Source: Patescibacteria group bacterium (GTDB lineage: Bacteria; Patescibacteriota; UBA1384; 2-12-FULL-50-11). From it: a DNA stretch of 64,000 nucleotides. Positions within the stretch are counted from its first letter, which is position 1; every line of letters starts with the position of its first letter. Position numbers and translations under genes: made by a program. Below are positions 17,384-27,292 of the stretch, piece by piece. The stretch is taken from the NCBI GenBank assembly GCA_022843855.1, contig JALHMV010000002.1, positions 14,496 to 78,495 of the forward strand, in the 5' to 3' direction. The notes under the pieces were generated by a model. That model saw only the letters and a program-made list of their open reading frames with translations, was not told the origin of the DNA and made no database searches.

Positions 17384-17872
17384 ATGGAAAGAGCAACCTT
17401 TGGGGCTGGTTGTTTTTGGGGCGTGGAAGCCGCCTTCCGCATGCAGTCAGGCGTCACGAACACGGTAGTCGGCTATACGGGCGGCCAGACCGAAGATCCG
17501 ACCTACGAGCAGGTTTGTCGGGGCGACACCGGTCACATCGAAGCCCTCCAGATCGAGTTCGATCCAGCGACGATCTCGTACCAACGCTTGTTAGATATTT
17601 TTTGGCAGATTCACGATCCGACGCTCATCGATCGCCAAGGCAACGATGTCGGACCGCAGTATCAAGCCGTCATCTTTTATCACAACGACGCCCAGCGTCT
17701 TGCCGCTCAAGCTTCGAAAGAAGCATTAGAGAAGGCTGGACAGTACGACGAGCCGATCGCCACCAAGATCGAACCAGCTGGGCAGTTTTGGCCAGCTGAG
17801 CAAGAGCACCAACGCTATCTTGAACGTCACCCTGGCGGCTACTGCCACATCAACCTCAGAGCTATCCGTTAA
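17384..17872 (+). CDS. msrA: Peptide methionine sulfoxide reductase A
   Basis: ATFGAGCFWGVE, GYTGG, PTYEQVC, HDPT, QGNDVGPQY. Confidence 0.96.
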   Translation: MERATFGAGCFWGVEAAFRMQSGVTNTVVGYTGGQTEDPTYEQVCRGDTGHIEALQIEFDPATISYQRLLDIFWQIHDPTLIDRQGNDVGPQYQAVIFYHNDAQRLAAQASKEALEKAGQYDEPIATKIEPAGQFWPAEQEHQRYLERHPGGYCHINLRAIR

Positions 17873-17936
17873 CAAGCGCTTGGCCGGCGGACAACTTCTG
17901 CTGCTGATTTTGCTAAGATGGACTAAAAGGAGGGGA

Positions 17937-18158
17937 ATGTTTTTCCACAAGAGAGAAGATAAGTCGTTTGTGGCCGTGGCTATGACGATGATTATGATCG
18001 GTGCGGCGATTGTGGCGTTCGGACTGGTTGGGTGGCTGGTCAACGTATCGAACGCAGAAAATATCATTGCGTTTCCGTCGATGAAAGTTATCGGCGGCTT
18101 CGTCATCATCGCGCTCGGCTATATCCAGCTCGAGCTCGGTCTACTGCGACAGAAGTAG
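17937..18158 (+). CDS. Small two-TM membrane protein
   Basis: AAGGAGG SD; two hydrophobic segments. Confidence 0.7.
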   Translation: MFFHKREDKSFVAVAMTMIMIGAAIVAFGLVGWLVNVSNAENIIAFPSMKVIGGFVIIALGYIQLELGLLRQK

Positions 18159-18225
18159 GCTAAATAACGTCTGGGTAGAAGTTGCGCCCGGCTGTAAGAG
18201 CCGGGCGCTACGCTTGGAGAGCGAT

Positions 18226-18591
18226 CTACCGGGCGCCAGCCAGGACTGGCACCGGGATCGACGGCAGGTGCGACTGGGCGCCGGCCACCAGCGGCGGCGA
18301 TTTGGGCCGGTCGAGAACCGACTGGACGCTCGTCACTACCCCGACGAGGAAAGTCTCTGCGGCATCGTCCCCTCCGGCGATCTCGATGAGCGCTGGAGAG
18401 CCGCCCAAGACCACAGCCGTCAGCTGATTGGGACGGACGCTGAACCCTTTACCGAAGGGGATCGCCATCGGTTTGATTTCAACGTTGACGCCCTGCGCTT
18501 TGAGTCTTTGGCCCAGGGCATCAAACCAGGCCGTGGAATCGTCGACAGCCATTTCTGGCAAGTGCAGTTGCACAACCACTTCTTGTTGCAT
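18226..18591 (-). CDS. Hypothetical protein
   Basis: GAGGA SD before ATG 18591; downstream hairpin gcgcccggc..gccgggcgc at about 18184-18208. Confidence 0.55.
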   Translation of the reverse strand: MQQEVVVQLHLPEMAVDDSTAWFDALGQRLKAQGVNVEIKPMAIPFGKGFSVRPNQLTAVVLGGSPALIEIAGGDDAAETFLVGVVTSVQSVLDRPKSPPLVAGAQSHLPSIPVPVLAGAR

Positions 18592-18686
18592 TATGTCCTC
18601 GCAGGCGATCATCGCCTACCGTCGTATTGTCCGCCAGCCGCGATATTTTTTCAACCGTTCGTGACTTTTTTTAGAGAGGGTCTACA

Positions 18687-19766
18687 ATGACTGTTGTTAT
18701 GAATCCAGTTGTCTATGTCGCTATCGGTGGAGTTGTCGTCGGGGTTTTCATTGGAGTTGGGCTCGCCAACTACTTTTTCCGGGGCCGAAAGAACGACGCC
18801 TCACAAATCATCGCGCTCGCCAAAGAGAAGCTTTCAACCGACAAGGAAGAAATTAAAATCGACCTCGAGGGCAAGAAAGACGCGATCAAAACGCTCGTCG
18901 AAGAGATCCGCAAACAGCTTAACGACACTAACCGGCAATTCCTCGAAAGCGAAAAAGAGCGCGTCAGTCACTTTGCTGAGCTTAAAAAGGAGCTCGAGAC
19001 GCACAAGCAGTTGGCTGGGGAACTGCGTGGATCGACCGAAGAGCTCAAGAATGTCTTATCTAACAACCAAATGCGAGGGGCTTTTGGCGAGCGCGTTGCC
19101 GAAGATCTCTTAAAGATGGCGGGCTTCGTCATCAATCAAGATTACTTCGTCCAAGCCAATTTTGAAGATGGTCGGCCGGATTTCACCATTGTTTTACCGG
19201 ATAAAACCAAGGTTAATATCGACGTGAAGTTTCCGTATCAAAACTTGCAGAAGTTTACCGAGGCCAAAGATCCCGAAGAAAAGAAACGACATATCGCGCA
19301 GTTCCAACGCGACGTTCGAGAAAAGATTAAGCAGATCGCCACCCGTGGCTACATTAACCCCGACGACAATACTGTCGACTTTGCCGTTGCCTTTATACCC
19401 AACGAGATGATTTTTAGCTTTATCTACGAACAGAGCAACGACATTTGGGAAGAAGCAATGAGCAAGAAGGTTATTCTCGCCGGGCCGTACTCGTTTGTGG
19501 CGCTCTTGCGTCTGGTCAAACAAGCGCATTCCAACTTCCGGATGCAGTCCAATATTCACCAAGTCATTCAACTGGTCCAAAAGTTTCGCCAAGAATACGA
19601 GAAGTTTTCCGGTGAGCTGGATGTGCTGGGTGCGCGCATTGATTCGGCCGCCAAACAATTTCAGTCAGTATCCTCGACCCGCTCGCGCCAACTCGGCCGG
19701 GTGATGGATCAGATCGACAGCCAACAGGTCCTCGACGAGAGTGAACCGATTAAGTTGATAGATTAA
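18687..19766 (+). CDS. rmuC: DNA recombination protein RmuC
   Basis: N-terminal TM and coiled coil; RGAFGE, RPDFTIVLP..IDVKFP, DFAVAFIPNE. Confidence 0.92.
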   Translation: MTVVMNPVVYVAIGGVVVGVFIGVGLANYFFRGRKNDASQIIALAKEKLSTDKEEIKIDLEGKKDAIKTLVEEIRKQLNDTNRQFLESEKERVSHFAELKKELETHKQLAGELRGSTEELKNVLSNNQMRGAFGERVAEDLLKMAGFVINQDYFVQANFEDGRPDFTIVLPDKTKVNIDVKFPYQNLQKFTEAKDPEEKKRHIAQFQRDVREKIKQIATRGYINPDDNTVDFAVAFIPNEMIFSFIYEQSNDIWEEAMSKKVILAGPYSFVALLRLVKQAHSNFRMQSNIHQVIQLVQKFRQEYEKFSGELDVLGARIDSAAKQFQSVSSTRSRQLGRVMDQIDSQQVLDESEPIKLID

Positions 19767-19812
19767 ATCTGTACGTTTCCCCAACCCCTCTCTTCAGGTA
19801 GAATCTAGCTAA

Positions 19813-21273
19813 ATGACCGAGAACAAATCAGAGGCGGCGATCCGGCTGGAGAAATTGGAGTCTCTCAAGAAACTTGGCGTCGATCCGTACCCACCGGCGA
19901 TTCCCAGCCACCAAACTATCGATCACGTCCGCACTCAAAAGGAAGGTGAGGCCGCGGCGACGGTTGGACGTATTTCGGCGATTCGCGAACACGGCAAATC
20001 GACGTTTATCGACCTCGTCGATGAGCAGAACAAGCTGCAAATTTACTTCAAGCAGGACGTTATCGGCGAGGCATCGTACAGCCACCTTCCGCTTTACGAC
20101 ATCGGTGACTTTCTTTGGGTTGAGGGTGAGTTGTTCGTTACAAAAGCCGGTGAGTTGTCCTTAAAAGCCTCAAAAGTCCAGCTGCTCGCCAAATCCCTCC
20201 TCCCAATCCCAGAGCATTGGCACGGCTTGTCTGACGTCGAGACACGCTACCGCTCCCGCACACTTGACTTCAAGATCAACGACAACGCCTACAAAACGAT
20301 TCAAACGCGCAGCAAAATCGTCGAATCAATCCGGGATTTCTTTATCCGTCACGGCTTCATCGAAATCCATACCCCAATCCTCCAGCCGATTCCGGGCGGT
20401 GCCGCGGCCAAGCCGTTTACCACTCACTACAACGTGCTCGACGCCGACTTCTACCTCCGCATCGCTCCAGAGCTTTACCTGAAGCGCCTGGTTGCCGGCG
20501 GGTTCAATCGAGTCTTCGAGATCGGGCCGAACTTCCGCAACGAAGGCCTGTCCCACATGCACAACCCCGAGTTCTACTCGTGCGAAGCCTATTGGGCGTA
20601 CCAGGACTACAACGGCTTCATGAAGACGACGCAAGACTTGGTCCAAGAACTCGTCAAGAAAGTACACGGTTCGCTAAAGATCACGTATCAAAATCAGCCG
20701 ATCGATTTTTCTACAGCCTTCGCCGTTAAAAAGTACGCTGACATCATCAAAAAGGATACCGGTATCGATATTGAAGCGTCCGACACGTTCGAAGCGCTCA
20801 AGGCGGCGATCGATAGCGCCGGGATCTCATTCGAGGGGCAAAAGATTACTGTCTGGAGCGAGTTGGTCGACGAGTTATTCAAGAAAATTTCGCGGCCAAA
20901 GATCGTCCAGCCAACCTTTGTTGTCGATTATCCGCTCGTCACCACCCCGCTCGCTAAGCGTCACCGCGACAACCCGAAGGTAGCGGAACGATTCCAGCTC
21001 ATCGCCGCCGGGGGCTTTGAACTCGTCAACGCTTACACCGAGCTCAACGACCCGCTTGATCAGGAAGCGCGCTTCCGCGAGCAGATGAAGATGGGCGAAG
21101 CAGGTTGGGACGAGGCGCAGACGCTCGACGAAAACTTCATCGAAGCCCTCAAGTTTGGGATGCCACCGACATCCGGCTGGGGTATGGGCATCGAGCGATT
21201 TGTTATGTTGCTCACCGACCAGCACTCAATCAAAGAAGTAATTCCGTTCCCAACCCTACGACCAAAAAAGTAG
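19813..21273 (+). CDS. lysS: Lysine--tRNA ligase (class II)
   Basis: YLRIAPELYLKRL, FRNEG..HNPEF, GMPPTSGWGMGIER. Confidence 0.97.
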   Translation: MTENKSEAAIRLEKLESLKKLGVDPYPPAIPSHQTIDHVRTQKEGEAAATVGRISAIREHGKSTFIDLVDEQNKLQIYFKQDVIGEASYSHLPLYDIGDFLWVEGELFVTKAGELSLKASKVQLLAKSLLPIPEHWHGLSDVETRYRSRTLDFKINDNAYKTIQTRSKIVESIRDFFIRHGFIEIHTPILQPIPGGAAAKPFTTHYNVLDADFYLRIAPELYLKRLVAGGFNRVFEIGPNFRNEGLSHMHNPEFYSCEAYWAYQDYNGFMKTTQDLVQELVKKVHGSLKITYQNQPIDFSTAFAVKKYADIIKKDTGIDIEASDTFEALKAAIDSAGISFEGQKITVWSELVDELFKKISRPKIVQPTFVVDYPLVTTPLAKRHRDNPKVAERFQLIAAGGFELVNAYTELNDPLDQEARFREQMKMGEAGWDEAQTLDENFIEALKFGMPPTSGWGMGIERFVMLLTDQHSIKEVIPFPTLRPKK

Positions 21274-21342
21274 AGAAAATCCCGTGACAGACGACTGATG
21301 TCGGTGTAAGCTACGGCTACCACGTTTTGGTGGAGGTACCTA

Positions 21343-21660
21343 ATGGCTGGATCTGGAATATGTGAAGTTGGGAGACCGGACGCAAGAGCCGGCACCGTCG
21401 CTGCCGTTGAGGCCCGCGCGAAAGCAATGGCCAACGGCGAGGAGCAGCTCGATCAGGAATGGCTTGAGGACAAGGCACGCACCGTCTGGTCGGTCTACGT
21501 CTCGTCGCTCGTTGGCCGATTGGCCTTCTTCGCCGGCAACTACGCCAAGGCGATTGAGTTTCTTCAACTCGCCGCCGAACGGGCCGATGAAGAGGAGAAA
21601 AAGAAACTTCTTGGGGAAATTGAGGAGGCCGAAGCCGCGCTCCGCGGCGAAACTCACTGA
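21343..21660 (+). CDS. Small TPR-like helical hypothetical protein
   Basis: GGAGG SD; VGRLAFFAGNYAKAIEFLQLAAE; followed by hairpin aggcccgtc..ggcgggcct-tttt. Confidence 0.6.
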   Translation: MAGSGICEVGRPDARAGTVAAVEARAKAMANGEEQLDQEWLEDKARTVWSVYVSSLVGRLAFFAGNYAKAIEFLQLAAERADEEEKKKLLGEIEEAEAALRGETH

Positions 21661-21699
21661 TCGTGACCGAAGGCCCGTCGTGCTACACTTCGTGTACGC

Positions 21700-22461
21700 A
21701 TGGCGGGCCTTTTTCAATTCTCTTCATTTGCTCAATTCCCCTCGGTCGTTCACGGCGTTGCTACCGCTGATTTTGGCAACATGTCGTTTAATTGGGGCGA
21801 GCATGACCAAGTGCGGACTAATCGAAAAAGCTTTTTTGACGCCCTACAGGTTGAAGAGCAGAGCGTCGTCGTCGCTTCGTTGGTTCACGGCAACGGCGTT
21901 ATCGACGTTGTTGCCTCAGACCGGGGTCGCGGCGTCGCCGTACCGAAGGAGTCGCTCGAAGCCGACATTCTGGTCACCGCCGAACCAGATACTTTCCTGT
22001 TCATGGTAATGGCGGACTGTCTGGCGCTTTTTCTAATTGAACCTGAGAAACGGGTCAGTGCCCTGGTTCACGCTGGCTGGCGCGGCGTTGATGCCAGAGC
22101 CCCCCAGGTGGCAATCCGTTATCTTGAAGAGCGGTACGGCTGCCAGCCGGCCGAGCTCTGGGTCGGTCTCGGCCCGGCGGTTCAAGCGGATTCCTTCTGT
22201 TTTCCCACCCAAGAGATCGAGCAGCGCCACCTGCCCAACTGGAGACCGTATCTGAAGACAAACGGCTACCTGACCAAAATTGACTTTGTTGGCTACGCCC
22301 GTGACCAGCTGATCGAGGGCGGCATACCAGCAGCGCAGATCGAAAACTCCGGCATCGACACTCGGACCGACCGGCGTTTTTTCTCTCACCGCCGATCGGT
22401 CGAGACTCAAGAGCCGGAAGCTCGGTTCGGCTGTTTGATCGGTTTTCATTCTGAGGGGTAA
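21700..22461 (+). CDS. pgeF: Peptidoglycan editing factor / YfiH laccase-domain protein
   Basis: ADILVT..MADCL..VHAGWRG..GPAV..FFSHRR. Confidence 0.88.
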   Translation: MAGLFQFSSFAQFPSVVHGVATADFGNMSFNWGEHDQVRTNRKSFFDALQVEEQSVVVASLVHGNGVIDVVASDRGRGVAVPKESLEADILVTAEPDTFLFMVMADCLALFLIEPEKRVSALVHAGWRGVDARAPQVAIRYLEERYGCQPAELWVGLGPAVQADSFCFPTQEIEQRHLPNWRPYLKTNGYLTKIDFVGYARDQLIEGGIPAAQIENSGIDTRTDRRFFSHRRSVETQEPEARFGCLIGFHSEG

Positions 22462-22574
22462 GGATTTTCTCAAAAAAATAACTGCTGAACCGATTGACTT
22501 TTAGCCTGTAGTCTGGTAGACTCGCCCCACAGTCTCGGGGTCAGGCAGGCCGCCGCCGAACCTGAGACAGGAAC

Positions 22575-23315
22575 ATGAAAATGTTGAACATGAAAGTTTT
22601 CGTCATCGTCGGCGCGCTCCTGGTGAGCTCGCCGACCTTCGCCCAACAAGTCGAGCGGGAGACCACTCCGCCGGAGACGACCCAATCCGCCGGAGACGGC
22701 GGCAACAACATCGACCAGCTGGGGCAGGACGACGCGACGACAACGTCGCAGTCCGGCCAGGCCGACCACGGCGTGGTTGACCCGCAAACGGGTCACCCGA
22801 CCTTCCCGGTCTCGGACGGGGGAGACCAACTCCCACGGATCGAGCCGCCGACCACATCGGTCGCGACGGTTGGTGGACCGCCGGGTTCGCGTGGCCACAC
22901 CGGTCCACCCGGTCCGGCCGGCCGCTCTGGCCGGGTGACGTACGTCCCGAAAGGGATGGTCACCCACGCCGAGTTGCAAAAGCTGCTCGGCGGGATGGAG
23001 GGTCGGCTGGCACGCCAAATCAGCGCGCTGGCCGCCCAAAACCGCGCCGGATTTGCCCGGGTGGACGGTCGCTTGACAGCGATCGACGCCCGAACAGGCG
23101 AAGTCCTGGCGCGAATCGACCATCTCCCTACGCGGGAGGAAATCGGAGCGCTGCTGCGAACTCCGCAGCCGGCGCCCACCGACCCGGCAAAAAAGCCGTC
23201 CGAGGGCGGAGCAACCCAAAAGGAGCCGACAACGGTCTCACCGATCGCCTGGGCGGTTCTCGCTCTCGGCGGTCTCGCCGTTGTCGGCGCGGCCATAGCC
23301 GCGCCAAGGAAGTGA
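22575..23315 (+). CDS. Secreted, C-terminally anchored protein with short collagen-like Gly-X-Y run and coiled coil
   Basis: Signal peptide (..PTFA|QQ); GPPGSRGHTGPPGPAGRSGR; heptads FARVDGRLTAIDAR; C-terminal TM. Confidence 0.7.
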   Translation: MKMLNMKVFVIVGALLVSSPTFAQQVERETTPPETTQSAGDGGNNIDQLGQDDATTTSQSGQADHGVVDPQTGHPTFPVSDGGDQLPRIEPPTTSVATVGGPPGSRGHTGPPGPAGRSGRVTYVPKGMVTHAELQKLLGGMEGRLARQISALAAQNRAGFARVDGRLTAIDARTGEVLARIDHLPTREEIGALLRTPQPAPTDPAKKPSEGGATQKEPTTVSPIAWAVLALGGLAVVGAAIAAPRK

Positions 23316-23322
23316 AAGAAAG

Positions 23323-23767
23323 ATGGAGACTACAGTTCTCATTCTCGGCGGCCTGCTCCTGCTGGCCGCCATCGTCGTCCTAGCCCGTTCGCTTCGGCGG
23401 CGGCCAACAGTCCACCAAGGCTGGTACAGCAGGTAACTGGCCGTCCGGTGATGGCGAGACCGTTGCCGGTGAAAGCGACGGGCAGGCCGTTCGGGTAACC
23501 GAGCGGCTGGAGTCACTCGTCACGGGGGTGGCCACCACGGGCGGCCCGGCTCGGATCCGGTGTCGGACCGGCCGGACCGAGGTATTGGTCGAAGTGGGCG
23601 AAGCCGCGCTCAGTCGTCCGACCGGGCCAGCCAGCGCAGGAGGGAACACCGGCCAACAACCGTGGCTGGTCCAGAACTTCTACGGCGGGTGGCCGCCCAC
23701 AAAGCCCGCCGCCGACCCACCGACCACGCCGCCGGTGCCTGAACCGGCCCCGGTTCCGGGCGGCTAG
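23323..23767 (+). pseudogene. Frameshifted membrane-anchored Pro/Gly-rich gene (or sequencing error)
   Basis: ATG 23323 gives METTVLILGGLLLLAAIVVLARS and stops at 23436; the +1 frame is open from 23384 to 23767. Confidence 0.5.
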
Positions 23768-23792
23768 ACCCTAGACCGCCGACCCGACATCC

Positions 23793-23824
23793 GCCCCCGA
23801 CACTATCCGTGTCGGGGGCTTTTT
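23793..23824 (+). terminator. Intrinsic terminator
   Basis: gcccccgacac-tatcc-gtgtcgggggc-ttttt. Confidence 0.85.
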
Positions 23825-23829
23825 CTTAA

Positions 23830-26800
23830 CTACTGCTTCACTAAACCGCTCGAGAGCAACTGGAAAAGCGAAACCTTGATCGACTTTTGCGGACTGATCT
23901 TGAGTGTCAGTGTGCGATCGGTTGTCTGACCGGCGCCATCAACTTCCCGACGATAGTTTTGGATTTCATAGCCGTGACCCAAAAGCGCGTCCTCCGACAG
24001 CTCGTTATCTCTGGCAAGGCCGCGCAAGAGAGTTTGCTGATCTTCGCTTAGTTGGTCGGCGGCCTGAAACGAGATGGTCCGACCAACGTCAAACGCATCC
24101 GGACCGCCGTACTCATTAATCAGATTCTCGAGCGGGCGATCGTCATCCCGGCGCTCGTCCTTAGCGCCAGGGTCAGGTTCGGGAGCCGGTGGAGCGGGCG
24201 GTTCCGGCGAGACAGCCGCCAACCGATCGTTCGCCTCCCGCAAGAATGCCACAACCTGACCAACTGTGAGTGGGTTTCTCTTGGTACCAATGATTGTGCC
24301 GTCGTAATCTTTGTATTTGACCGAGTAACCGCGATCTGACTCGGTAAATTTGAGTGAAGTCGTTACCCCGTCGGGAAAATGTAAATCGATATACTCGGCC
24401 GGCCGGCCGTTCGGATCTTTGTCTCTATCGATAACCACCAGATCGTTGAGGGAATCAGCTCCATCAGCGCCCGCCCATCGCTGGCGCAGCTGCTCAAAAT
24501 ACCGATAGAGCGTTTCGGCTGAGGCGGCGTTAATGCGCTGGCTGAGGATCGAATCGTCCACATCTTGGCCGCTCACAGCCAATTCGATCTGCTGTTGAAT
24601 GTCTGCCTTTTCCTTTTTGTTAGTTGGCTCGGGAGTCGGTGGCCTTTCCTCCTGGTCGGAAGCGCCACTACGCTGACCGACTTCCAGATGGCCGTGCGTC
24701 TTGAGGAAATTGGTGACCGTGTCCCGCTTAACCACGTACGGGCGATCTTTCTCTGAGCCGCTCGCCCGATAGGCGTAGACGATTTGATCGGACTCCGGAT
24801 CGGCCTCCAAGACAAAATCATAGATCCGGCTGCCGTCATCGGCGAGGACGAGGCGATCGCCCGAAGCGGTTCGGCGCGAATAGCCGGGCAGCTGCTGTCG
24901 ATTGAGCGCTTGGGCCAGGGTGGTCGGATCGCGATTCCACCAGTCGGGTTCGCGACCGCCGGGAGTCGACGGCAGGACCATCCCCAATTCTCGAGCGAGC
25001 TTCTCAAGATCGGCGCGGGTATCCCCTGGCTGCTGCTCTTTGGCAGCGGAGCCGACGTCTCCCTCTTTATGGAGTCGCAACGTAACCGCGTGCGCTTCGA
25101 GCGCGTCGATCAGCGGCTTATTGTCGGCCCGCAATTGGTCAGCGGAGATTCGGCGATCAGAATTTATTGTCGTTGCCGCTCCCTCGCTCAGGGCAGTGGC
25201 GGCGGCCATAGTTGCAGTTGTCAACGCGAGATTCTGCCACAATTGTTGTTGGATGAGGGTCGGGAGCGCGTCTGTAGCAGTAGCGATCTCCTTGACATGC
25301 AGAATCGGCCGGTCACCCGAGACAACATCCTCCAAACGGACTCCCGACATTTCCTTTATGTAATTTTGAAAATCGGGGCTAGCGAAGTAGGCTGCTTGAT
25401 CGGCCGGGCTCAGCCCGCTCAGCTCGGGATATTGATTAAGAACCGTCGTTTTGATTTGGTCGATCTGCTGCTCACTGAGATACTGGTGGTAGTGCTCGTG
25501 CCAGTTGTCGCCCAATCGAAGCGCGCTTTCGGTAAACTTAACATCGCCACCGCCGATGATGTCTTTTTGCTCGATGGCGTAGCGCCAAAGTCCGTCGTTG
25601 GTTTGGTAGACCTCGTGACCCAAGCTTGGGTCGCTTTGAAGAAAAAGATTGCCCGCATCGTCATGGTCAACGCGAATACCGTCTTCGCCGGCTCTTCTCA
25701 CGGCCTCGCCCTGAAAAATGCCTTCACTGAAAAACGAGCTAAGAGCCGTGGAGAGCGACGCACCGCCAACAGCCCCGAGGAAGCTGTATATAGCCTTTTT
25801 TTTCTGGTACTTCCGTTCGAGCTGCTGATATTTTACTCGGCGCTCAGACTCGCCCTCTAACCCTTGCTCCTTAGCGACCGCGATCATTAGTAGTTTATTC
25901 ATCGCCGCCGCCCGCTTATCTTGGTCGTCACCGGCCGACTCTAATAGCTGCTTGGCTTCACGCTGCATGAGCAGAACGCGGTAGAGCGCGTCCTCGATCA
26001 CTTTCTGACCGATTTCTTCGTGACCGAGCGCCCGATGACGGAAGTAATCAGCGCCCAACCGACCGAGCGCGCCGCCGACCACGCCGCCAGCCAAACCAAC
26101 CAACGAGATCGGGCCGCCAAGAACACCGATGACACCGACGGTTGCCGCCGAAATCCCGGCTGACACTGCCGTGCGGCGACTAAATATTTCCTTAAGCGCC
26201 GAGTAACGCCGGTCTCGCTCAAGCGTGACGTGCAGCGCCTCGCCGGCTTTTGTATCGGCTGAGATGGCCGAATCAACACGCAACCGGCTCATCGCGGCCT
26301 GAAATGTAGCGAACCCGAGTTGATTAACCACGAGCTCAGCTAATGCAGCGCGCTCGGCGTTGTGAGTAACATCAAGCGCCAGGATCGTCAGTTGTTCGGG
26401 ATCGACTTTCTCGCCGTGACGCAGTCGATCGAGAACCTGGTCGGCAATCAATCGGTAGTCGTTGCTGCGCTCGCGCTCTGCTTCTTGTAAAAGGTTTTGG
26501 AGACGGTCTTTGTCAGCATCCGGCTCGGCCAGCTCGGCCTCAATCTCCTTGATTCTCTGTTCGGTCTCGTCCAGTCGTTGCTGCGCTGCCTCGGCATTCT
26601 CCCGCATAGTATGCCGCTCCTTTTCTTGAACGCCCTTGCGACGCTCGGAGCCGGTCAGTCTCTGCCAAGCGCCGGTTAAAAAACCGAGGCGTTGTTTGGC
26701 CGCAGGCGACTCCGACAGATGATGAGCCGGAGTCTCTTTCTCAGACGAAGTACCTCCCGTAACCCCAGATGTGGGAGCTGACTTTAGCTCCGAATCAACA

Positions 26801-26880
26801 ACACCCTGATCAACGGGTTGTCGTTCAGCAGAAGATTGTGGATCGCTCTCTACTGACCGTGGGGGGCCCTCGCCAGACAT
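23830..26880 (-). CDS. Large (1016 aa) hypothetical protein with coiled coils and glycine-zipper hydrophobic segments
   Basis: Long uninterrupted ORF; no signal peptide; GVIGVLGGPISLVGLAGGVVGGALG; acidic and Pro-rich linkers. Confidence 0.85.
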   Translation of the reverse strand: MSGEGPPRSVESDPQSSAERQPVDQGVVDSELKSAPTSGVTGGTSSEKETPAHHLSESPAAKQRLGFLTGAWQRLTGSERRKGVQEKERHTMRENAEAAQQRLDETEQRIKEIEAELAEPDADKDRLQNLLQEAERERSNDYRLIADQVLDRLRHGEKVDPEQLTILALDVTHNAERAALAELVVNQLGFATFQAAMSRLRVDSAISADTKAGEALHVTLERDRRYSALKEIFSRRTAVSAGISAATVGVIGVLGGPISLVGLAGGVVGGALGRLGADYFRHRALGHEEIGQKVIEDALYRVLLMQREAKQLLESAGDDQDKRAAAMNKLLMIAVAKEQGLEGESERRVKYQQLERKYQKKKAIYSFLGAVGGASLSTALSSFFSEGIFQGEAVRRAGEDGIRVDHDDAGNLFLQSDPSLGHEVYQTNDGLWRYAIEQKDIIGGGDVKFTESALRLGDNWHEHYHQYLSEQQIDQIKTTVLNQYPELSGLSPADQAAYFASPDFQNYIKEMSGVRLEDVVSGDRPILHVKEIATATDALPTLIQQQLWQNLALTTATMAAATALSEGAATTINSDRRISADQLRADNKPLIDALEAHAVTLRLHKEGDVGSAAKEQQPGDTRADLEKLARELGMVLPSTPGGREPDWWNRDPTTLAQALNRQQLPGYSRRTASGDRLVLADDGSRIYDFVLEADPESDQIVYAYRASGSEKDRPYVVKRDTVTNFLKTHGHLEVGQRSGASDQEERPPTPEPTNKKEKADIQQQIELAVSGQDVDDSILSQRINAASAETLYRYFEQLRQRWAGADGADSLNDLVVIDRDKDPNGRPAEYIDLHFPDGVTTSLKFTESDRGYSVKYKDYDGTIIGTKRNPLTVGQVVAFLREANDRLAAVSPEPPAPPAPEPDPGAKDERRDDDRPLENLINEYGGPDAFDVGRTISFQAADQLSEDQQTLLRGLARDNELSEDALLGHGYEIQNYRREVDGAGQTTDRTLTLKISPQKSIKVSLFQLLSSGLVKQ

Positions 26881-26885
26881 GACGA

Positions 26886-27215
26886 TTACGGTTGGTTTTC
26901 GGCCAATTTAATCAACTGGACGACTTCGATCCGGTGCTTGGTCGCCTCCTCGCTGACGATGCGGGGCAGATCGATCTCAGTCTCAACTAGAAAATCAGCT
27001 AGTTTCTGCGGGTCACCAGCTTCGGCAACTCGTTTGAATTCGTCCGCTTCCGTGTCCGATAACAGCTCAGCAACCCGATTGACAACCCGAGCCTCGACGG
27101 TTGTGACCATCGTCTGAATTAGTTGCTGTTTTCGCTCGTCTGAGGCGCCATCGATGTCTAATAGCTCAAAAATATCTTTCTCAAGTATCTCTTCGACCGA
27201 GGGAATAAGGCTCAT
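26886..27215 (-). CDS. DUF5663-like small acidic protein
   Basis: IFELLDI...SDERKQQLI..VEARV..LSD.EADEF..LADFL pattern typical of CPR. Confidence 0.65.
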   Translation of the reverse strand: MSLIPSVEEILEKDIFELLDIDGASDERKQQLIQTMVTTVEARVVNRVAELLSDTEADEFKRVAEAGDPQKLADFLVETEIDLPRIVSEEATKHRIEVVQLIKLAENQP

Positions 27216-27292
27216 CCTCTCAAAGATAAGCTCTCAGTTAGAGGACGTCAACCTGAGAATTGGGAAAGAAAAAAGCGGCTGGGATACGCCGC

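Noticed and set aside
23734-23767. VPEP near the C-terminus as a second PEP-CTERM
   Set aside because: No TM helix or basic cluster follows.
24784-25860. 358-aa plus-strand ORF
   Set aside because: Antisense to the 1016-aa gene, with no motifs.
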